A DNA stretch of 64,000 nucleotides from Chlorokybus atmophyticus (GCA_009103225.1 RHPI01001428.1:432158-496157), one strand, 5' to 3'. Counted from the stretch's first letter, positions 23,701 through 39,359 are shown. Numbers and translations: made by a program. The notes: generated by a model from the sequence alone, not told the origin.

Positions 23701-25868
23701 GGCCAGCGGCGAAACAGTACTAGTAGTAGTACCGACAGCAACTATGACAACGTATTTACAATAATAATGATAGGCCTAATATAGCTGTCAACAATGTACA
23801 ACGTAACTAGTAATCACAGCAACACCAGCCATTATCATACTCATACCAAGACACACCACTACAACGAAGGAACTGTAATTGCCAACCAGCAACACTGAAT
23901 CCGCTGGTGTTGGTTCTACTGGCAGCGCCAACAAAGTATCTACATTGAACCACCCCCGAAACGGCAGCTGCCCCAAACCTTGTGTACATGTTGTGTTACA
24001 GTTCTCAGCACGTGGTAAAAGGTAACAGACCATGCACGCAAGCAGCACAGGCACAGTATGCGGGCACAAAGCTGGCACACATGACTGCAACTGCATGCAG
24101 GACAGCTTGACTGAGCTGTACCGTATCAACATCCATCTTCTCAATGAAGCGCAGCAGCGATGCTCGCGCTCGAGGGTCTTCCTGCTGTCGCATAGAAGCA
24201 AACCCATCCCGCAAATGCATCACCTTCGCAAGACAACGTCATCAGCCAGCCTGCTTTATGTTGACAGAAATGGTTGGAACTTCTGTTTTGCAATGTGCAA
24301 TGTGCAAAGTGGCCAACACAAAGCTCCTACAGTACCCGGCTGTGCAAAGTGGCAAACATAAGCCCACCTTGTCCAACAACCCTTCAGGTCCGTGTTCTGC
24401 AATCACGTCATCCAAGATCTGAGCCAAGAAAGCTTTCTGCGGAACGGAACCAATCAAGTTGTGAGAAGCAGCCTATACACAAAAGAAAATCATGAACTGC
24501 TAGCGTGTGAGGAATCTGCACTCGTACAAGGCTACATGTTGATATGCATTGTGAGAACCATGAACTCCAACTCCTGTGGAATGAAGCCTACAGATGCTAT
24601 CACATGGAAAACCACTTAGCACCACAAGTACCTGGTCCTCAAGCTCCTCGTCTACGTCAATCACATTGGCTGCTTGATGCGCGAGGCCAACAGAGGACCG
24701 CAACTCATCCCTTATGCGAGGCCATTCGTTCTCATCAATCTGCTTGCCCTTATCTGCGACGAGAAAGATGTCCACAACGCGGTCGCCTTCTGTCCTAATC
24801 TCTGCGTTGAGCACTCTGCCGTATGGGAAACACCAGCAGGTTAGCAAAACGACATGTCCAAAGGGAAGCACCCAGTACTCAATTCGATAGAATAACCATC
24901 TTGGGTTGGTCACCAAGCATAACCCACAGCCCATGCGTACGTGAGGTTCAAACTTGTAAAAGCTTGCGTGACATCGCGGAGAAGGTTGGCCTGGTCTGCG
25001 GCTTGTATGGTCACGACTGTTCCCTTTTTTACACTGCTGTTGTCAAACTGCACAACAAACTGTCCGGGAGCTGACACAGTGGAAGTGGTCGCTCCATCTG
25101 TCACGATCACGTCTGTGTCGTTCAACACTGCCGGCGTCCTGTCTGAAGCAACACACTGCACTGGCACCCTGCCAACCACAGTAATATTCTCACTGCAAGC
25201 CAGAGAAGCGTCATTCAGTTCACTGTCAGTAGGCTTCAAGCATCATACCTTTGGACTCGGCTCTGTTGCTGAGTGCATGGCCATCGACAACACTGCTCGA
25301 CGGTTGTGGGTTTCCCTCGCAAGCCACCCCGAATGGCGCTGGAGGCCTGACAACCAAACATTACCTGATTGACATGGATTGCCAGCTGCAGACGACTAGC
25401 AAGCAGCACACGACACAGGCATGCAGGTTTTGCACATGACACACCTGCTTTGCAGGCTTGGAGGGCCCCGCAGACACGCCTGGAGTTTGCAGGGCGAGTC
25501 TGCAGGAAACCGAGATTGGTTGCTTGCAACCAAAGCATTCTCCCTTGCTTGCAATGCAGACCAGGGGCAACCGTGCATGCAAGTTTGCTTGAAGGCGTGT
25601 CGTGTGTCTTTGGTGGCACACACAATTCTTTCACCAGGTCACTCAAGAGGCATTTTGGTTGTGCAATGCTGAATTGACAGACAACACGCAAGCAGTTGTG
25701 TGTTGTCGACCAATTGCGAATTGTCATGACTACACGACAAACTACTTGTAATTCCACAGAAGTTTTTTGTGTACAAAGGAACGTGCCAGCATAGCTACTC
25801 CCTCAACACCATGTTGGCAGCTGCAGTGGGACAACGTACCTTGAGACAGAGCAGATGGATGCAGCCAT
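20741..25868 (-). CDS. ppc: phosphoenolpyruvate carboxylase, bacterial-type core, with an N-terminal transit-peptide-like leader and an ACT domain (1180 aa)
   Basis: Ten exons, all GT-AG and phase-compatible: 25868-25840, 25499-25445, 25346-25249, 25192-24941, 24815-24632, 24472-24368, 24223-24122, 23650-23561, 23464-23345, 23248-20741 (3543 nt). An in-frame TGA lies 12 codons upstream of the ATG. Motifs: VFTAHPTE, GSWIGGDRDGNP, QEVMLGYSDSCKDGG, FHGRGGTFGRG, LRAIPWVF, C-terminal RNTG. Confidence 0.95.
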
Positions 25869-26739
25869 CCCGGAAGAACGCGTTCCCAGCTCAGTGAGCT
25901 GTCACGAGGCACTCTTAGCAAGAACGCAGGTATGTGCAGTGCCGCAGGCAACAGCCATGAATATGAAATTGAGCTTGCAGCTGTTCAACAGACATGTCAG
26001 CCGAAACTTCCAACTGACACCCTACACCGTGCTTGATGCAGTGCATTGCTCAGGACTTCAAGCGCAACGTCAGGGCGCAAGCCATTGACAACAGCAGAAT
26101 ACATGTTGCATGGTGAAACAACTCCCAGCTGGAGTGACTTAGACCCGCTGACCAGAGCATGGACAAGAAGAATCGTGCCACAAGCCGCAAGGGGCCGCCC
26201 GGCAATTACATGCAAATCTACAACTTGACCGCACCTCAGCAAGCTGACAGCACGCGCCTCAGCAGCAATACGTCCGCAGCAAGCCTCTCCGCAAGGAAGC
26301 GCGAGCTACCGCCGGCTTCGCCGCATGCCATACAGACCGCCAGCTGGCAATGTAGGCCTCCGCTGGAGCAAAGTCTGCCGCCAGACGTTTACTCTCGTCC
26401 GGATGCCGTAACTCGGTGTCGCTCTCGGCAGCGATGCCCAAGCGCGTGTTGGTGAAAGCGAATTGCATGGCGCGATCAACCTTGATGCGCTTTTCGAGTT
26501 ACAATGGAGCTACGAGTTACGTGTCAAGAGCCGGCCCAGAGCCGTAACCTCCTCGCGGCCGCTGGTGGCTCGCGGTGTTGAGAGAGGTCGTCGAGGGAAT
26601 CATGCGCGCACGGACAATTCTGCCAGCTGGCACCGGACAGAATCCTTTAAGTGGCTCATCACCTGATGAAGCTGATGCATTCATCAGCTTCATCAGGTGA
26701 TGAGGCTTTGTTTTTTTCATTCACACCAACACCTTGGCT

Positions 26740-29200
26740 CGCTATAACGCTATAACGAGAGGCATGTGCCATAACACGCGTGAGCTACAAGTGGTAAAAA
26801 CGATCTTACTTCTGCTTGTTAAATAAAGTTTATTATATAATATAATTTTATATTTATGTATATATATATATAATATTTAATATGCAAAATATCCAAGCAA
26901 AAACGTCCCCTCTGCTTCCTCCCCCCCAACAGAGTGTCACTCAAAGCTTCCTAACGTCTGTAACATGATATGCAACGGGAGTGATCGAAGCAGCTAATGA
27001 ACCGGGCAATGTGGCATAGGCATTGCTTAAAGCAGCTGCACTATCTTCGTTGTCGTGTTTACGCAGTTGTGAACTGCAGTGACGCCATAAGGCATAAGGC
27101 ATATGCAGCATGCAGGTTGAAAAGAAAGATTATCATCTTTCTTCAAATCCCAAACCATAACAAGAATTGCGGAGTACAAACTCATGTTGGGTGTTGGGTT
27201 CAAGACTACTATTGCCATACATGATTATCAGCGTTGTGTGCCAGAAACGTCACATTGTCATTAACAAAAAACTGCGCAATCGCGTAACCGGGAGGTGAGA
27301 TGATCCAACCCGGCTATGAGTGCGCATGCTGCGGCTGATTGACCACATGTATAAACAGCTCCATCCCTTGAATTTGCCACTCTAGTAGAATAGCCGCACC
27401 ATTGACATATACTGATAGTACGCGGTCACCATGCTTGCTGAGATACAATTGAATGGCTGCCTGCAGATGTACATAAACGGCACGTTAAAGCGCACATGTC
27501 AGTGTGAGTTGCAGTTGTAATCCTGTCTTAAACTACATGTCACATTTATGCATAAATACAAACACAACGTTACACCGTGACGCAATGTATAATCATTGCG
27601 CGTTGAAGCAAAGATCTTCTTACGAATCAGTTGCTCCATCTTATTATCATAATAAGTTACCACACAAATGTTGCAATACGCAAAAATGCAAGCATGCGAT
27701 GCTTCACATACAAAAGCAATGATTATATATGATGTTGCACATGCCGTATATTGCAACTTGATATATGCAAATCCGTCATTCATAAGCCTTTGCATGAAAA
27801 AGTATTTTTATTTGAAAGTAATGCTTATTTTATGCAGCATATATACTCTGTAAACTATGCCTATAGTGTATAAAGCAAAATGTATAACACATTATGATAT
27901 AGTAATAATGGCTCATCCACCTAATTGAATGTTGTATTGTAAATCACATAAACTTGGCATGCTGAACTATCAAAATCATGTCAATATAAGCATGTCATGT
28001 TTGTATGACTTTTACAAAGATATTTTGCGCGCTGACCCAATTGAATAATGCATATGATAAATCTATTACTATTGCAGTAACGTGACAAGCTTGTCGAGAC
28101 GGACAATAAATCTAATTGTATCGCAGATTTGATAATGCCTTGCATTTAAATTAGCGCATTTTCCTGAAAAGTCAAGTTCTTATTTATTGATAAAATTGGG
28201 TGCATTGTCTTGTGTGAGTTGCGAGATATTAGATAGCATGTAATGTGCAAAACACAACATTAACTCAAAAGGCCACCGCACTTTGATGCTTGTTTGGCCG
28301 CATGCATATTCATGTTAAATCAATGTTGGCTTGATGTAAATACATCTGAAAATGAAGGTTTATGTGACCATGATTACCAGGTCTCTCATACGACGCACAA
28401 TGTAAAATCTACTCATAACAAGATCAAGAGTTGCGCAAAGCATACTTTGATAGTTGGGTGTGCTTATACCTAGGCTAATAAACGTAGCAAAACCAAGCAC
28501 ACACGGAGCAGGGAGAGATGGGGCATCAATGGTTTACAATTACGCACACACAGTCGCACCACGCATGCTCATGATAGCCGCGCTCAGCTAGCATAAGACT
28601 CATTTAATGCTATTGTACTCCCACGTGATAACAAGCAGTGCAATAAATACAGTAGCAGCAGACATAGTAGCAATCAACTAAGCACGGATTAACAGAGTTA
28701 GAGTTTTGTTATCAATGTTGACTTAACCTAGTTTAAGGCATGACTTTGGACTAGACCAGACCCTTAACATCTGCGTTCAATCAATATATTTAAATACGGC
28801 ATGAATAATAGACTTGAAGAAAAGAATGCGGTATATACTTTAACGTGTTATCGTTGTTACAATGATAACAAGTTAAAGTATGGACTGCGTTTAAGCAAAG
28901 AACTCTTCGTTCAATGGCATTTATGTGCAAAACTCGTATAAGACAAAAAATGTACACATATAATATATGTGAATGTGCCACAATGTCATGCCTGACATGC
29001 AAGTCATGCTCACTCCCATGCTACTATGTTGACATAATGACTATATGGGAGATCAGCTCCTTAAGCGTGTGCGGAATTAAAGAGGTTCGCTGATAAACTC
29101 AGCCGTTAAGCTTACAAGCCTTGCGCAACATGAACCTTTTAAGGCACTTATGAGTTGCTTGCACAGAGGTGATCATGGTACATGCCATCAATTTGTTGCT
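26740..29200. mobile_element. AT-rich, CpG-poor non-coding block, probably a decayed transposable element
   Basis: Abrupt compositional shift relative to the flanking genes, many CATG/TGCA/TATA words and no long ORF. Possible degenerate helicase motifs near 28168-28310. Boundaries are approximate. Confidence 0.4.
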
Positions 29201-29346
29201 TATGAATAGCACGAATACACGCACGCATCCCCATTGTAACGTCCCCATCCTGTTGTAATATGGGGTATGAACATGAGGTGTGACGTCATCACCCACCCAC
29301 CCACTCACGTTCTCAACCGTCTTCTACGCAAGGTTTTTACGCTTAA

Positions 29347-29384
29347 AACTCCAACCGCACGCTTTTAAGCGTGCGGTTGGAGTT
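29347..29384. repeat. perfect 18-bp inverted repeat with a 2-nt centre
   Basis: AACTCCAACCGCACGCTT-TT-AAGCGTGCGGTTGGAGTT. Confidence 0.95.
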
Positions 29385-30166
29385 GACTGCGATCGGTGGA
29401 GGGTATTGGTGTTAGAGACTCTTGTGTCATGTTTGTGTATTGGCATGTTGTGTCACAAGGGAAGTGAAGTGTTGCACGTGTGGTGAAATCGTTGTGTACC
29501 AATGCTGGGTAACGGGTGCTCTGCCTGTAGATGGTCAACGCGCACGTGCTTGCATGTATGCTTGCATGTATGCTTGTATGCATGCTTGCTGCAGACGATG
29601 GCGTTGTTGGGGTTGATGCCGACAAACGCCGTCATTCAAGCACGTGTCCATGGCGCTCGCCGCCAGGATTGAAGATTTTCCCACAACCAACACAACTAGC
29701 AACAAGAAGGCCACAGCACCCGTTCTGCTGCCATCAACCTGCTTGTTGGTTACTGCAAGTGTCAGGCTGAGCCATTGTATGGTGATGCCTGGTGCTGGCA
29801 TGCATGTAGGTATATGGCTCTGTGTGTGTCTATTTGTGTCAACGTGATAGCATCGACTGTCTGTATGTGTCCGTCTCCAGGCAAAGGGTTGGGTAACCGT
29901 CCTCGGCCAGGACGACAACCAATAGGGATTGTTGACCAGGACCTTTTCCTGGGGGGGAGGGGGGGGACTCCCACTCTCGAGACGAGACGGATGATAGATC
30001 TCGTATCAGTCACAGGGTCTCTGTGCGTACATATCTACGATGAGGGCACAACTTCCCTGCTAGTAACCCATTCCATTGCTAACCACACCCTGCACAGAGC
30101 ACATATGCACTTGGCAACCAATGGACGATATACGCGTGCTTCAAGTAGTCAGATATTCCAACTCTA

Positions 30167-33100
30167 CTACAACTGCCCAGTTACCTCTGCACAGGCTCTT
30201 GGTCAGATACAACATAATTGAGTGCAACACATCAGCATGCAACCAAGGCCATGAAGAGGTATCGGGGAGCACTCACATGCACAGCACGTGGCGTGTGACC
30301 TTGAACAGAAGGCTTACCAGGGTACATTAGTGGTAGCTGAGAGATGGCTCCATTGACATCAACAATGCTGGCAGGCTTCGCAGGATGCGGCCAATGCGCG
30401 CGCAACATACCAAACACTTGCGTGTTCTGCCTCTGTACTTGCCGTGCTGTTTGTAAAAAAGCCTGTGTTGCCTGTTCAAGAGGCAAGTTTGAAACATATG
30501 TACAGAATGCATAGCTTACGCGGCTATGCCATGCTACTGTTCAGACGCGTTATGCCAGTTGCACAGGAGGAAGTCATCACCTCATCAAGTGGCACAGTGT
30601 TGCGAGTGGCCTCTTCAACCCTCAACACATGGTACGAGAAGTCGAACAGCTCAAACATGCCTTGCTGGTCCAGTAGATGCATGGCGACACAGCCAAACCA
30701 CTGGAAGCCATCACCGAACCAATCCTGGTTGGTTGGACTGCCAGCAGCAGGTCCCGAACAGTATACCTGCATGAAGTGGGCCAGTGAGTGGTGAGCCACA
30801 CGATCACAATGTGGCAAGAAGTGAGGAGACTTACAAACTGCAAGGCGCTCCACAGCCGATGAAAAGCCCTTGAGCCATACGTGTCCGTGATTTGGCTTAA
30901 TGATGCCGGTGGTGCCCATGTGGTGCGCACCGCAGCCAGCTGCTTATGCGTGTGGTGGAGCACAGCGCACAACAAAGAACTAGACTGCGCTGCTGCCTCA
31001 TATACACTGCCTGCAATGGACGTCAACTGACTATGTCCCTTGCATCCAAGAGTGTAAACACAGCAATGATGCCTGCATGTGATAAGCTTTACCTGCAGAT
31101 GCCACTGTGGAGCTCAGGTTGCCAGCAGTGTTATGTACAGTGCTGTATGAACTGGCAGCCAGGGACTGCAAAGGTTCTCCGCCTGTGCGCCTGATGCCAT
31201 CCTCAGTGCAAGAGATGCCAAACAGGGAGGCGTTCTGGATGAATGTACTGAGCTCTTCGGTTCGCTGCAAGACACACGATACTCATCAGCTACCATCCAC
31301 GACAGTCGCTGCTCACACTACATCATTGTATGTTACGTACCGCGACTGAGTCCAGCAGAGCAAATAATGCCAGCAGGTTGCCCATCTCCCTCAAGCATTG
31401 CATGACTTCAGTGTATAACGCTGGATACTCTAGCAAGTGCTGGAGCTGAGCTTGGAAGTAGCCAATGCAGCCAACAACACCATAATCGTAAAGAGGGAGA
31501 AAAACGTTCTGTGGCATGCCTGCATGTGACATGGACTTCACTTCAAAGCCAAAGTGTCTGCAATGCATGCAAGCACAACTTGCAGTTGACTGCAGATACC
31601 GGTATGGTCACCTGTCATAAGCTCCGAAGCATATGGCACAAAGTACTGCAGCTGGTTGTCAAGATGGGTGAGAAGTTCCTGGCAGAGCCAAGTGAGGTTC
31701 CCATCTTTGATCAGGCTGATGCACGCTTCCAAGTGACTCGCGCCAAAGTGCTGCGATTGCAGCTCCGCCCATCGGTGAAAGACAGCATTCAACGAGCGGC
31801 TACCATATAGGAAAGACGGCTTCGGGAGTTGTGGAGGTGCTGGTCTATGAGAGAGGTCCACCGGCTGGCGCACTCCTGGCACGAAGCGCTGCGTAGTAGC
31901 ATTGTAGATGAAGTTAGGCAAGATGTCGCTGCAAAGCTCCTGCACCACCTGCAAGAATACACACTGTCAAGATTGAAAAGCATGGTTGAGGTGATGATGC
32001 TGATCAACATCAGCTGTATTGATGGATACTGAGGAAAACAGCAGTCACACAATCAAAGCACAGCAATAAATTGGGCAAAAGACATGCTGATGACAAGACC
32101 AAACCGCGCGATGGGTTTTGCAAAGGTACCTGCGTTGCTAAGCGTCCTGCAGCATCGGCCATCACTTCAGATAAGGGGTCTCTAGTTTCAGACATGAGGG
32201 CGTCCCAGCTGTCTAAGGGCAGGTCTTGTAGCAGCTGCTTGTGTGCTGCATGCAGCGCTCGCAGGAGGCTTTGCAACTCTAAAACGCTTGTCAAACTGCC
32301 AGCCTCGAACCTTTCGATGATGTACTCCACATTGTTACAAAACAAGCGGTTCAGCCTGTGTGTGAGCAGGCTCGACATATCAATGGACCTGCCCAACAGG
32401 TCAAACCGCTGATGAATAAGCGCAGCGTAGCGCTTGGGTGCCAATGAAAGTTTCACAACGCTTTCTACCTGTGCGCAACAGCAAGAATGCAATCTCAGAA
32501 AGGATTTGTCTCAGAAGTTATGTCCACAAGAACACGTAAGACAGGATTACCTGACCCCGGAACTCATCATCGAGCTGCGCATGGGCGGCGTGCATCTTGG
32601 CATGAGTGAACATATGCTCGCTGAGCTTGAAGATCAGCTGCTCAAAGCAGAGGTCAACCTCCGCCTCCACTTCATCATACAAGAACCGCTGTTGCAGGTC
32701 AGTGAGCGCGCGGTCGGAGGCATCGTTGTAGATGTCAAACAACAGCAAGGTGTGCTCCACCAATGAAGGATCACCGGATGTGATGACATGGTCTATCAGA
32801 AGCCATGGCAGCGACATGTGGATGGGAAACTGGATGGTGTTCTCTATATCCAGGTAGAACTCCCTATACCACAGGTTGGACAAGTCCGAGGATGCTTGCA
32901 CGATGGCTTGATAGTCCAGGACAGGCTCAAAGAAGAAAGACATGTGATAGAAGTCCTCCAGCTTCCTGAGCTTGTTGGTGGAGAACTCCTTGATTTCAAA
33001 GAAGCCTGTTTTCTGGTTGGCGGCACCAGCCAGCAGCTCAGAGAGCAAATGTTGTATGCACTGCAGCTGCGCTTGTGTTGGCGCGCATGCACGTGCATTG

Positions 33101-36100
33101 AATGAGTATGGATCTCCGGACTTGGCCTTCTTTGTCAACTCTGGCGGCTCTGCTTTCTGCAACCAGTCCGCTGAGCTGGCTCGCATGGACAGGAGCATGC
33201 TGCAAACAATCACTGTCATTAGTGACTTGGTGTAGCATGCTCCACATGCATAGTCAAGTAGTGTCTCAAAACGTGCTGAGATGTGAACTCCTGTGCATGC
33301 ATAATGTAGGGACACGATGCGTAGGCAGATTCATCAGTACCAGTGGATCTCTCGTTTCTTTTTCTTTCCTATACTTCGTATCATGTTGGCCAAGGTGTTC
33401 TGTAAGAACTGCTGCTCCTCTTGATGTACCGCCTATCAACGCAGCATGATAAGCATAAGTAACAGCAGCCAACGTCAATCAACTGTCTATACCTGCTGTA
33501 ATATTGGCTGCAGAAAAGTGGATGACCGCAACATTAGAGCAGACACGCCTTTAATGAACCCGATGACTTCCGTGAGAGCCTTTTTCTCTGCAGGCTGATA
33601 GTTGTACCGAATGACTCTTTCATAGATGGTTGCGTTAGCCGGAACCGTGTATTCTGTTGAGCCGGTTCCCTCTGCGGTTGTGGCAGCTGGTCTTGCATAT
33701 TTCCAGGCGCACTGCTCAATCACTCGGCCGGACCAATCATTCAGCAAACCAATGCCCTCCAACACCTGCAGGCCCAAAACCACTCCACTGTGACAACGTT
33801 GCTTCCAACCTCAGAGCAGCTGCACAATGATTGAATGAACTTACCACAGCAAACACTGTGGTCGCATCTTCAACAGATACATCTTGGCCGGAGCTCTGTG
33901 CAGCCTCAGCGCGCGCACTAACAGCCCCAAAGCGTGCCACAAAGTCGTCATGGGCTTGCGACAGATTGAGCATGTGAGGCAGGAGCTCATAGTTTCGTGC
34001 ACACTCTGCTAGAGCTGAATCATTCATCTCGGAAACCGCTGCTGCATCAAGCTTTCCTTCCTTCTGCAGCTTGACAAAGAAGGGCGAAAGCGGCAGCAAG
34101 GTTGCGGGCGCCATGTGCATATCCGCATACACAGCAATAGCAGGGTTCTTCCTCACAACCCTGCCATATATACGCCAAGCGCTGTTGGCTCTGTGCATGC
34201 ACCATCAGTGCGCACAGTAGTGCCTAGCACAAGTGTAGCTTACCTGAGATACTTCTCCAACTTCAACTTTCTGGTCTTTATGACTTGCTCTGCATCACGC
34301 TCCCTAGTGCAGAAGTAATATTAGTGAGACTGTGGGTATGCTTGGACTGCATTCCAACTTGACTACTTTGTGTGCCGACCTTGGTAGCAACAGCACCAGC
34401 AGCAATGGCAAGCATCTCAGCAGCATGTGGCGCTGTTGATACAGCAGGGCGCGTCCTGTCTCCAGCATCTCCATGCAGAAGCCCAGTAAGATAGCGATGG
34501 CCTCTTCACAGCTGCCCACAATATAGGTTGGTGACTGGGTCATGTGATGACAGGTTCTGGCTGAGTGCAATTCTTGTGGTCACATACGTGGTAACCCTGT
34601 CGACCTCTGTTTGGAGGTTGTGCAGTATACTCCAGCGGTCAATGAGGAAGAAATGTAGCTGGTTCAGTGCTTCTGCGAGCTCATCCCCACCTGAGACCTT
34701 GCACAACTGTTCAGAGGGCACACCAGGAATCTATGAATCTGTGCAATGGTTGAAAAGAGCCAATGCTTGTAGCTCAGCAACGCATCACAAGTCAAATGGA
34801 CAAGCCTACCTGTAACGTGCTGAGTGGTGCGCTTGTACCACGAGAAGTCGTTCACTAAACTTGTGCGCAAGTTCTTCATTACATCCAGCCGGATCAGCGT
34901 GTCCAATGTTGCCAACACCGTCATGAGGTGCTTTGGCGAGGCCGTGAGAAGGCGCCTGGTGGCAGACCATCTGTCAGTCCCGGCTGCTGCCAGGATACTA
35001 GAACATGCTTGCATACTTGTCCGGACGGCCGAGCTGTTTCAGGCTGCTGCACACTTGTGTGGTGGCATCCTCTTTGAACAGGTTCAAGTCGCTCAAGCAA
35101 CGCATATCTGCATCCAGCACCTGGCAGCAAGTAGAATGATCAGGGAACATCTGGCAAGCGCCATGAAGACAACATCACTACAGCATGATACACGGCAAAC
35201 ACGGCAGCCTACCTGAAAGGTTGTGCTGTACATCTCTTGCTGCTGAGCCGCATTCATACTGTCCATCTGCGGCAGATGTCATGACTTACAGCTGCGTTGC
35301 CAACCAGAAGGTGGAGAAATTGTTTTGCTGAGTCCAATAGCTGTATACTTACTTGTGGGATGGCTCTTGAACAGCTGCGATGCGTGTAAAGGGTGGCCAG
35401 CAGGGATGTTCCCTGCTTAATGCATTGCTCCTGCTCTCCACCACCGTCAGTACCACCACACCATCTAGCTGCATCACACAACGTTGGCCATGTCACATAC
35501 CAGCTTGACAATTGCCGCTGCATCCTCGAGAAGCAGTGGCGTGCTATAAGCTGCAAGGTCACCAAACTCTGCCAGCAGACAACTTTGTAAGATTGACTGC
35601 TTGCAGCGAAACCTATTACTCACGTAGCGCAGCATGCTCAAAGCTTACCGTAGTCATCACCATGAATGCCTGTCTGAAGTTCAACAGGCAGGGCAGTGAG
35701 CGAGTCAAAGTCCTGTTTATACAAAGACGTCAACTGCATGCAATTGACAGGCTCAACACGGTTACAGGGCTACTGCATGTAATTCAGGAATTCATTGCAA
35801 GTGTACAAGCGTGAAACTTGCCAAGAACTGCTTCAAACAAACTGAGTGGCCATGCAGCACTCCGAAGGATTTGAAGGATCGATTACCTGAGCGACTTGGA
35901 CAGAAGACAGTTGGGCCAGTGGGTCTGGCGCCCTGTTTGCAACAGCAGCTGCCGACATAATGAGCAGCCAAGTTCACCTACCAATGATTGTCTACCCCAC
36001 GTAGGCTTAACAGAACAACCTAATTCAGTTGAACTACGCTAGGATACAGCTGCAAAGTTGAGACAACAGTGACATTCACCATCTAACAATCAACCGTATT

Positions 36101-36248
36101 CGGTTGACACTTATTATGTTGAAACAGTTTATGTGTACTATGCTAGATTGAGTTGGACGCAAGTTGTGTCGGGTGCAAGATGTTTCAAACCATGCTTTGA
36201 TCCCTGCTGAAACGTTCAAGCACGTGTACTGTCGAGTGTACATGCCAT
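30167..36248 (-). CDS. PIR: PIR121/SRA1/CYFIP subunit of the SCAR/WAVE complex, multi-exon
   Basis: Exons: [164 protein letters not shown]. Both termini (ATG 36248, TAG 30167) are tentative. Confidence 0.92.
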
Positions 36249-36952
36249 TGAACAAATTCCCCGCCTCCTCACACCCTCCGCCGCCGCCGACCACATTGAC
36301 GAGCCTAGCCACTGCAGCACACAGGTGAGCAGAGAGCATGCTCGCCTCAGTGCCTTAACGACATGCCGTTTGGAGGCCATTAAGACACTGAACGCCCCAC
36401 TCTCCATTCTTAACTCTGAACCTAGCGCCACGTCAATGCGTTGCTTTCCTCAGCGCGGCGGATTCCAAACGTCGCCGTCACGCGCTACGTACTTACGCCC
36501 TCGTCGGAATCTGCGTGACGCTTACGATTACGCTGCGCCGAATTGGCCCGGTCGCGCTGCGGACCGGCAAGTTGCCGGCGGCAATGACACAATGGCCAGC
36601 CTTTGACCGAATGTATCGTGGTTATGTCAGCTCGCATTTTGCAACTGATCGAGAAAATGTGACCGGTTGTTGCTGCCCGTATTACGTATCGTTAAACAAC
36701 CAGGCTTACAAAGCTGCGTCGCCGGAGATTGGAGTGCGCGATGCCGAAGGCGCGCGCTGTAGGAAGACGGGTGCAGACGGGGCCGGGCAGCAAGATGCAG
36801 TGCTCGCTTGCGTGCATCTTGCCAGCGCTCTGCGCTAGTGCATGGTGAGAGACATAGTCACAGTGTTTGCGACGGCGGCGGCGTTGAAGGAGGGGGTTGT
36901 CTGGTAGTGGAAGTGCAGCTGCTGGTTGTGGACGTGGCTGCGAAGAGGGGAC

Positions 36953-39359
<2,407 letters not shown>

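Noticed and set aside
25997-26468. Upstream ORFs (MQFAFTNTRL..., MLRCGQVV...) as further PEPC N-terminal exons or extra ACT domains
   Set aside because: An in-frame TGA lies just upstream of ATG 25868 and no convincing domain motif is present. They are more likely 5' UTR or uORF sequence.
29235-29265. TGTAACG as the start of another LTR
   Set aside because: No PPT before it and no matching CA end with a TSD. A 7-mer is expected several times by chance in 64 kb.
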